In this document: in pieces, positions 58,669 to 64,000 of the stretch
Numbering within the stretch: position 1 is the stretch's first letter
Layout of the letters: each line of letters starts with the position of its first letter
Source of the DNA: a virus
Lineage: Duplodnaviria > Caudoviricetes
Strand: one strand, 5' to 3'
DNA length: 64,000 bases
IMG/VR virus record: IMGVR_UViG_3300032219_001391
Location: 13,220-77,219 of that record
Translations under genes and position numbers: made by a program
Notes under the pieces: model-generated
The model's database searches: none
What the model was told of the DNA's origin: nothing
The model's input: the letters and a program-made list of their open reading frames with translations, nothing else

Positions 58669-58884
58669 TTAGTCTTTATCAAACACTTCATTGATTTTAC
58701 TTTCCGATACCGAAGTAATTCTCCATTCATGAGGAAACCCTTCATATTTTTTAGTTACGATAGCTTCAACATCGGTAACCGAAATCGCACTAACCAACTT
58801 TTCTTCACGAATTTTTTTAATACGACCAGTATTTTCATCTGGTAAATCGTACTGAACTTTTGCAACAAAAAATTTTTCTTCCAT
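58669..58884 (-). CDS. DUF4494-like small protein
   Basis: FFVAKVQYD...KKIREEKLVSAISVTDVEA resembles Bacteroidota DUF4494 (KKV.E.YLVDA.SFTEAEA). Confidence 0.6.
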   Translation of the reverse strand: MEEKFFVAKVQYDLPDENTGRIKKIREEKLVSAISVTDVEAIVTKKYEGFPHEWRITSVSESKINEVFDKD

Positions 58885-58894
58885 AATATATAAT

Positions 58895-59620
58895 TTACTT
58901 TCCCAAATAATGAGAAAGTTTTTTCATAAGGTCAAGCGATTTGTTAGAAGAATTCACCTCTTGGTCTGTTATTTCGGTTCTCATTTTATTTTCTTCATCA
59001 AGATTTTCTTCAAAATTAAAACGATCTTCAGGTTTGTTGAATAGGTAAGCACCTGGTGTTGATGGAGATGATACCAAGTCAAAACAGATCAATTCAAAAT
59101 CTTTTTGAACTTCATTCTGTTCTCCTTTTTTTACAAGGGATCCAACACCTCTTGAAGATATACCTAATGTAACCCCTTGTCTTAATAAATTAGCGGCTTG
59201 GTCACCCTTTGTTGATACAATACCTCTTTCGTGAAACCCTGGTGATGTTAATAGTTTTAATTTACCCATTAAAATATTTCCCTCCCACCATATTTCAGTT
59301 ATAATGTGAGATACTCTATCCAAATCAATTAAAGAAGATTCAGGGTGATTTAATTCTGATAGAGCCGTTCCCTTATCTATCATTTTTTTATAATTCATAC
59401 TCTCCCTTTTTAATACTTCTTCAGGATAAATTCTTCCGTTTCTATTTGGGGTATTATATTTCTGTAATACAGCATAAAATTCAAATGGTTTTGAATGATC
59501 CAACATATTTTTGGATTCTTGAATAACTCTTGCATTTCTAGATTCTGTAGGTGAGATGTATCCAGCATCATACTCAACTAAAATTCCTCTACCTATTTCT
59601 GTGGGTCCTAATATTTTCAT
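58895..59620 (-). CDS. gp21: prohead maturation protease (T4 gp21 family)
   Basis: NRNGRIYP, ELNHP, VSHII, GISSRGVGS, FDLVSSPSTPGA; ATAAATA at 59636-59642. Confidence 0.95.
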   Translation of the reverse strand: MKILGPTEIGRGILVEYDAGYISPTESRNARVIQESKNMLDHSKPFEFYAVLQKYNTPNRNGRIYPEEVLKRESMNYKKMIDKGTALSELNHPESSLIDLDRVSHIITEIWWEGNILMGKLKLLTSPGFHERGIVSTKGDQAANLLRQGVTLGISSRGVGSLVKKGEQNEVQKDFELICFDLVSSPSTPGAYLFNKPEDRFNFEENLDEENKMRTEITDQEVNSSNKSLDLMKKLSHYLGK

Positions 59621-59645
59621 AAAATATTTTTACCTATAAATAGTA

Positions 59646-60089
59646 TTAAACAAGTGTTTTATCATTTTTAGTTAATGAAAATTCAAAATCATTGTTTGAT
59701 AACAAATTGTGTTGGTAAATAACTTTAGTGATATTTTTCATTTCATTTTTAATTATGTTATCTCTAAAATCCAAATCACCTTTGGTATAAAAAGTTATTT
59801 CTAAATTCATAAAACTCTTTTTACCTGTTTGTATTCCACTTGATCTCATATCAAGATCCACAATAATGTTGTCGTGTAGAATTGTTTTATTTATTTCATC
59901 CAAGACATTATTTTTAATTTCTCTTTGAAATAATAAGATTGTTTTATTCCAACTCTCTTTGTGTGTTTTGGGCAATCCCCAAGTTTGAATGTTTAAATAA
60001 ATGGATTTTAAATTTTTACAGTCAACCGTTCCGTATAAAACTTTTGCTCGGTCAAATCCCGAAAGTTTTATTGTTTTTCCTTTTTTCAT
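59646..60089 (-). CDS. hypothetical protein
   Basis: 147 aa ORF in the head module. Confidence 0.7.
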   Translation of the reverse strand: MKKGKTIKLSGFDRAKVLYGTVDCKNLKSIYLNIQTWGLPKTHKESWNKTILLFQREIKNNVLDEINKTILHDNIIVDLDMRSSGIQTGKKSFMNLEITFYTKGDLDFRDNIIKNEMKNITKVIYQHNLLSNNDFEFSLTKNDKTLV

Positions 60090-60111
60090 CTAATATATGT
60101 CATATTACAGA

Positions 60112-60118
60112 TATTTAT
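60112..60118 (+). promoter_or_regulatory. putative late promoter TATTTAT for bS21
   Basis: 38 nt before ATG 60157, on the coding strand. Confidence 0.5.
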
Positions 60119-60156
60119 TTTCACTAAACATATATAAAAAAAACAAATAAGTCAAA

Positions 60157-60348
60157 ATGTTAATAGTTGAAGTAAAAGATCAAAAGAATTTGGATAAAGC
60201 ATTAAAGTTGTTGAAGTCCAAAATTATTAAGACTAAACAAATGGATGCTCTGTATAACAGGAGAGAATATAAAAAGAAATCTGTTTTACGTAGAGAAACT
60301 TTACTAAATGCCACTTACAAACAGAGAAAAAAAGATAACGAAAATTAA
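60157..60348 (+). CDS. rpsU: ribosomal protein bS21 (Bacteroidota type)
   Basis: MLIVEVKD..NLDKALK..KSK..KT.....L..R..Y.K.S..RR......Y54 aligns without gaps to Flavobacterium bS21 as recalled (MLIIPIKDGENIDRALKRYKRK...KPSVVKR...AAY). Confidence 0.88.
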   Translation: MLIVEVKDQKNLDKALKLLKSKIIKTKQMDALYNRREYKKKSVLRRETLLNATYKQRKKDNEN

Positions 60349-61040
60349 AGTGATTCGTATAAACTTTGTAACTTAACAAAGTTATATTTATCACATTCGT
60401 CATTTTCAATTTTCATAATTACGTTTTCAATCGTCGTTTTAACGTCCGATTCAGAAATCACCATTTGTGATTTTAACTTAGTAATTGTATTCTCTTTCAA
60501 AGTTTCATATTCTCTTTTAAGATCGTCATCAGTCATTGATAATATCTCATCTAACCCCTCCTTAATTTGAGGATCCAAAGAATCTATATATTTTTCAATA
60601 TTATATTTCACAACATTTTCCACAAATGGAGTAAAAGATTTATCATCAGTTTCCTTAGATTCTGATAATAATTTAATGAGGTCTTTCTTAATTTTAATGG
60701 TCTCTTCAATCTGTGTAGGTCTTGAATTAACCAAGTGATCTATATGTTCGTAATTATTTTTTGTATTAACAGATGAAATCCAGTTATTGACTTTAGAAAG
60801 GTCAATATGTTCTACCTTATCTTTCAAAATTTTTACAGACTCTTCAATAAATTCTTTAGCGGTTTCTTTATCTAACCCCTTATTTTTATTTAGTTCTGTG
60901 TATAGATAAAAACATTCACTTAACATTTTGTTGTTAAGAACAATATTCTTGAAATTTTTAATCTCAGTTTCAAATGTTTGTTTGATATAAGATTCCTCTA
61001 AATGTTTTTCTATTTTTGATATTGTTAAACCTAATTTCAT
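60345..61040 (-). CDS. helical head-module protein (possible prohead core component)
   Basis: 231 aa after the portal gene; ATAAATA at 61056-61062. Confidence 0.65.
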   Translation of the reverse strand: MKLGLTISKIEKHLEESYIKQTFETEIKNFKNIVLNNKMLSECFYLYTELNKNKGLDKETAKEFIEESVKILKDKVEHIDLSKVNNWISSVNTKNNYEHIDHLVNSRPTQIEETIKIKKDLIKLLSESKETDDKSFTPFVENVVKYNIEKYIDSLDPQIKEGLDEILSMTDDDLKREYETLKENTITKLKSQMVISESDVKTTIENVIMKIENDECDKYNFVKLQSLYESL

Positions 61041-61062
61041 TTTTTCTCTTTTGTTATAAATA

Positions 61063-62895
61063 TTATGAATTAAGTAATTTGTCTAACTCTTTTGACATCT
61101 CACCCAAACTTTCACGTGCTTTACCTAAATCTAAATAATCATCACCGAACCACACATCACTCTCAATTAGTAAGTTCATTCTATCTTCTCTACCTTCAGG
61201 TGTTACTCCTGCTTCACCACCAGGTTCAGGTCCCGGAGGTGGTGGGGGTGATGATGGGGGAGAACTTTCAAATCCTCCACCGAAGTCACCGCCTAATCCA
61301 CTTTCAGAAGACGATTCAGTTTCTGTTGCCGTAGTGTCAGTAGAACCACTTGGTTTAACACCATATAGTTTATCTAATTGGTCAAAGAACCCTGTGTGTT
61401 TAATAACTTCAGGAGTTAATTCAATCTCCTTAGCGATCGCCGTTTGGATTCTTTGTTGTTGTAAATCCAACTTAATATCTTCATCAGAAAATCCAAGAAT
61501 ATGTTTCTTAGCCCAAGATGCCGATGCCGGTGCAATACCCTCAATTTTTGTAACCATATCTTTATACAGTAACACTTTTTCTTTCCAAACGTCAATTTTT
61601 AACAGATCGGCTTGTGTTGATGGATTACTTAACCCTAAAGTAAAGTTTGAAATCTCATCTTCAAAACCTAAGATAAATAAGTGAATAATAGCAATCTTAT
61701 TTAACTCCGCCAACATTGAATTCTGAATTCTGTTGATTGTTCTTGCGAAACGAATATCTTGTAATGATAAGTTTTTACCATCACCAACAACTTCCTCAAA
61801 ACCCAAAAAGGCTTTAGGGATTCTTAATGCGGTAACGAGTTTCTTTTGGATATATTCAATATCCGCAATTTCTGATAAGTTTTTAGCACCATCTAATGTC
61901 TCAATTGGAGATGCTTGGGCAACATCACGAACAGGGACAAAATAATCCTGATCGACCGCCATTTGATTGTATCTTAAATCAACATTACCTGTTTGGTCAT
62001 CAACAATAGGTTGTCTTTTGAACCTATTAGCAAAACGTTGTACATATGGTTCAATATCGGCATCATCCATATTACCAACAAATACTTTGAATACACGTCT
62101 TTCTGGCGCTCTTGATGTTCTATAAATTAACATCGCGTCCTCGGCTAATATAAGTTGTTTCCAAGTCCTTCTTGCCTTTTCAAGCATTGAAGTACCATAT
62201 GGTAGTTTTCTATCATCCCCTAATAATCTGAAGTGTGCAATTTCCCAAGTATTAAACTCCATATCCTTAGCTCTCCACACGAATTTCATCGCCTTTTGTT
62301 GTGGTGCGGTATCATTGTATCTTGGTGATATTGACATACCTCGTTCCAAACGTTCCACCTCAATGATTGGTAATTGGAAACACCCAACAACCCCTTTTTC
62401 AGGATCTAATTTTAGATAAACAAAATTATCACCATACTTACAAGTATTTCTTGTCCACATGGGTAAGTTTGTGTTAATATCTAATGAGTTATTAAATAAG
62501 TCAGTAAGTATAGATTTAATTCTTTTTGATTCAGAATAAATTTGTAACATATATCCATTCTGATCTACAGTAGTAGATTCCTCAGCATAAGTGTCCAACG
62601 CAGCAGAAATTTCAGGTGTATATTCCATTGATTCGTAATCATACGCTGCCGCCAATCTTGTAGGACCATAATAAACGGATTGTTGATATAAATTATTTTC
62701 AATCTTGGCCCAGTGACCTGCCAAAAATTTAGTTTGTTGTGCTTGTAATTTTTCTTTTTCATACTCCTCTTTATCCCGAGTTTTCAAAAGAACTTTTTTA
62801 TCAAACTTAAATGTTGGATAATCTTGGTTTAGCAAAGAATCAGGACCAAATGACTTGGATAATCTTTGCCATACTGTTAAATTTTTATTTTCCAT
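61063..62895 (-). CDS. gp20: portal protein (T4 gp20 family)
   Basis: PEISAALD, LPYGTSMLEKARRTWKQL.L.EDA.LIYR.SRAPERRVF, IEYIQKKL..AL.IPK; ATAAATA at 62925-62931. Confidence 0.96.
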   Translation of the reverse strand: MENKNLTVWQRLSKSFGPDSLLNQDYPTFKFDKKVLLKTRDKEEYEKEKLQAQQTKFLAGHWAKIENNLYQQSVYYGPTRLAAAYDYESMEYTPEISAALDTYAEESTTVDQNGYMLQIYSESKRIKSILTDLFNNSLDINTNLPMWTRNTCKYGDNFVYLKLDPEKGVVGCFQLPIIEVERLERGMSISPRYNDTAPQQKAMKFVWRAKDMEFNTWEIAHFRLLGDDRKLPYGTSMLEKARRTWKQLILAEDAMLIYRTSRAPERRVFKVFVGNMDDADIEPYVQRFANRFKRQPIVDDQTGNVDLRYNQMAVDQDYFVPVRDVAQASPIETLDGAKNLSEIADIEYIQKKLVTALRIPKAFLGFEEVVGDGKNLSLQDIRFARTINRIQNSMLAELNKIAIIHLFILGFEDEISNFTLGLSNPSTQADLLKIDVWKEKVLLYKDMVTKIEGIAPASASWAKKHILGFSDEDIKLDLQQQRIQTAIAKEIELTPEVIKHTGFFDQLDKLYGVKPSGSTDTTATETESSSESGLGGDFGGGFESSPPSSPPPPPGPEPGGEAGVTPEGREDRMNLLIESDVWFGDDYLDLGKARESLGEMSKELDKLLNS

Positions 62896-62931
62896 ATATA
62901 AAATATAATCTTTTTTTCAAATACATAAATA

Positions 62932-64000
62932 TTATCTTCTTAACCCAAACAACCACCCGTAATTTTGGTAGTCTTGAAGAGTGGGTCCATTTTTTCTCAC
63001 GTCTTGTTGGTTTCCAAAGGAAGGTAATACCGGATTAAATATATCTTGTTTTATTGTTGATTTTTCCTCAACGTGCCAAGCATCAATTAGTGCTTTTGTT
63101 TGTTCGGTTACTTTTGTTAATGAAGAAAATGAATTTTCCCCAACATAAATAGCCATCGCCAATGACATCAATAAATCATCGTGTTGCCCCTTTTGGTGAT
63201 CAGCACGACCATTAACATAAACAAATGTTCTCATCTCGTTTAGGAGACGATTACTTCTTATTTTATATCCGTGTCTAACCTTCTCCTCCAACGCACCGAT
63301 AATTTGTTCTCTCTTACTATTAAAATTCAAACCAGGTACCTTGTTTGCCGCCTTTGGATCAAACTTCCATCTGTTCTGATAATCAACACCATCAAAAAAC
63401 AAATTTTTATATCCAAGTTCTTGTAGTTTTCTTGAGGTTGAAACTCCCATACCACCAGTAATATCAATTACAATAAATGTGTCATACATATTACCCCACT
63501 TAAAACATATCTCAGCGGCAACATCAGGTGGTACCTTTCCGAGGTATTCCACAACCTGTTCTTGTTCGTCAAAATCAACGATCTGAAACGTTGTGAAGTC
63601 CTCACTATCACCTCGTGACACATCAACCCCCATAATGTATCTATGACCCGGTATTGGGTCTTTCCAAACCCATAACGCACCACCCATCATCTTACCCGTG
63701 GGTTCCTGTAGTAAATTATTGTTTATTCTAGCAATATCTAATTGATCAAAAACGTTATCACCCGATCCCAAGAAGTTACATTCCAACTCTTGTGAAACTT
63801 TTCTTTTGTCAAATTTTAACTTCTTAACCATCTTCTCAAACCAATCTGAAGATGGGGAATAACCAGTTTTTAATAGATCTCGTATTTCTTCAAAATTTCT
63901 TTCATCAAATGGTATTGAGGAATAATCTATTAAGGTTTCCTTACCATACTCTTCTCTATTCAAAAAGTAATGGATTATATTATTGGTCTTAACCAAATAT
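62932..64000 (-). CDS. gp17: terminase large subunit, C-terminal nuclease domain (partial)
   Basis: QELECNFLGS, YIMGVDVSRG..DF, HDDLLMSLAMA; the frame runs off the window end. Confidence 0.92.
   Translation of the reverse strand, partial: YLVKTNNIIHYFLNREEYGKETLIDYSSIPFDERNFEEIRDLLKTGYSPSSDWFEKMVKKLKFDKRKVSQELECNFLGSGDNVFDQLDIARINNNLLQEPTGKMMGGALWVWKDPIPGHRYIMGVDVSRGDSEDFTTFQIVDFDEQEQVVEYLGKVPPDVAAEICFKWGNMYDTFIVIDITGGMGVSTSRKLQELGYKNLFFDGVDYQNRWKFDPKAANKVPGLNFNSKREQIIGALEEKVRHGYKIRSNRLLNEMRTFVYVNGRADHQKGQHDDLLMSLAMAIYVGENSFSSLTKVTEQTKALIDAWHVEEKSTIKQDIFNPVLPSFGNQQDVRKNGPTLQDYQNYGWLFGLRR

Noticed and set aside
57119-58672. Long plus-strand ORFs (168 and 171 aa) opposite the scaffold gene
   Set aside because: Ser/Ile-rich shadows of Glu/Asp/Met codons; typical antisense open frames.
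8430-62762. The other short overlapping ORFs (60-130 aa) in the six-frame track
   Set aside because: They lie within or antisense to well-supported genes and show no recognisable motifs, unlike 2781-3584.
1-64000. Stop-codon reassignment as in some jumbo phages
   Set aside because: Standard-code ORFs tile the window densely, and the conserved genes inspected are full length.
1-64000. tRNA or rRNA genes
   Set aside because: Intergenic gaps are short and no cloverleaf or T-loop signature was recognised.

Overview
A 64-kb, AT-rich, gene-dense segment of a T4-like jumbo phage (myovirus) that most likely infects Bacteroidota. Host evidence: TAnnTTTG host-type promoters, a Flavobacterium-like ribosomal protein bS21, a DUF4494-like gene and no Shine-Dalgarno motifs at the starts inspected. 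It holds the head module (terminase, portal, prohead protease, acidic scaffold, major capsid), neck/baseplate/fibre genes, a family-B DNA polymerase, a SNF2 helicase, a gp55-like sigma factor, Mn-type SOD, PhoH and dUTPase. It also holds two large glycosylation clusters (about 17 glycosyltransferase-like genes, gmd/fcl, methyltransferases and a kinase-aldolase-phosphatase-nucleotidyltransferase block). Top observations: (1) an intein in the helicase DExH box whose EDxHD/DUF559 endonuclease is a separate ORF in the +1 frame, overlapping about 800 nt including conserved splicing-domain motifs; (2) an apparently self-contained fucosylating protein-glycosylation system beside a Thr/Pro mucin-like protein; (3) a TATTTAT late-promoter motif before 14 genes, two of them inside an identical 22-nt palindromic stop-to-start element; (4) a late bS21 that keeps the anti-SD-sequestering Tyr54; (5) enzymes (SOD, WYL protein) with leaders resembling capsid-targeting sequences. 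All family assignments come from recognising motifs by eye; no database search was run.
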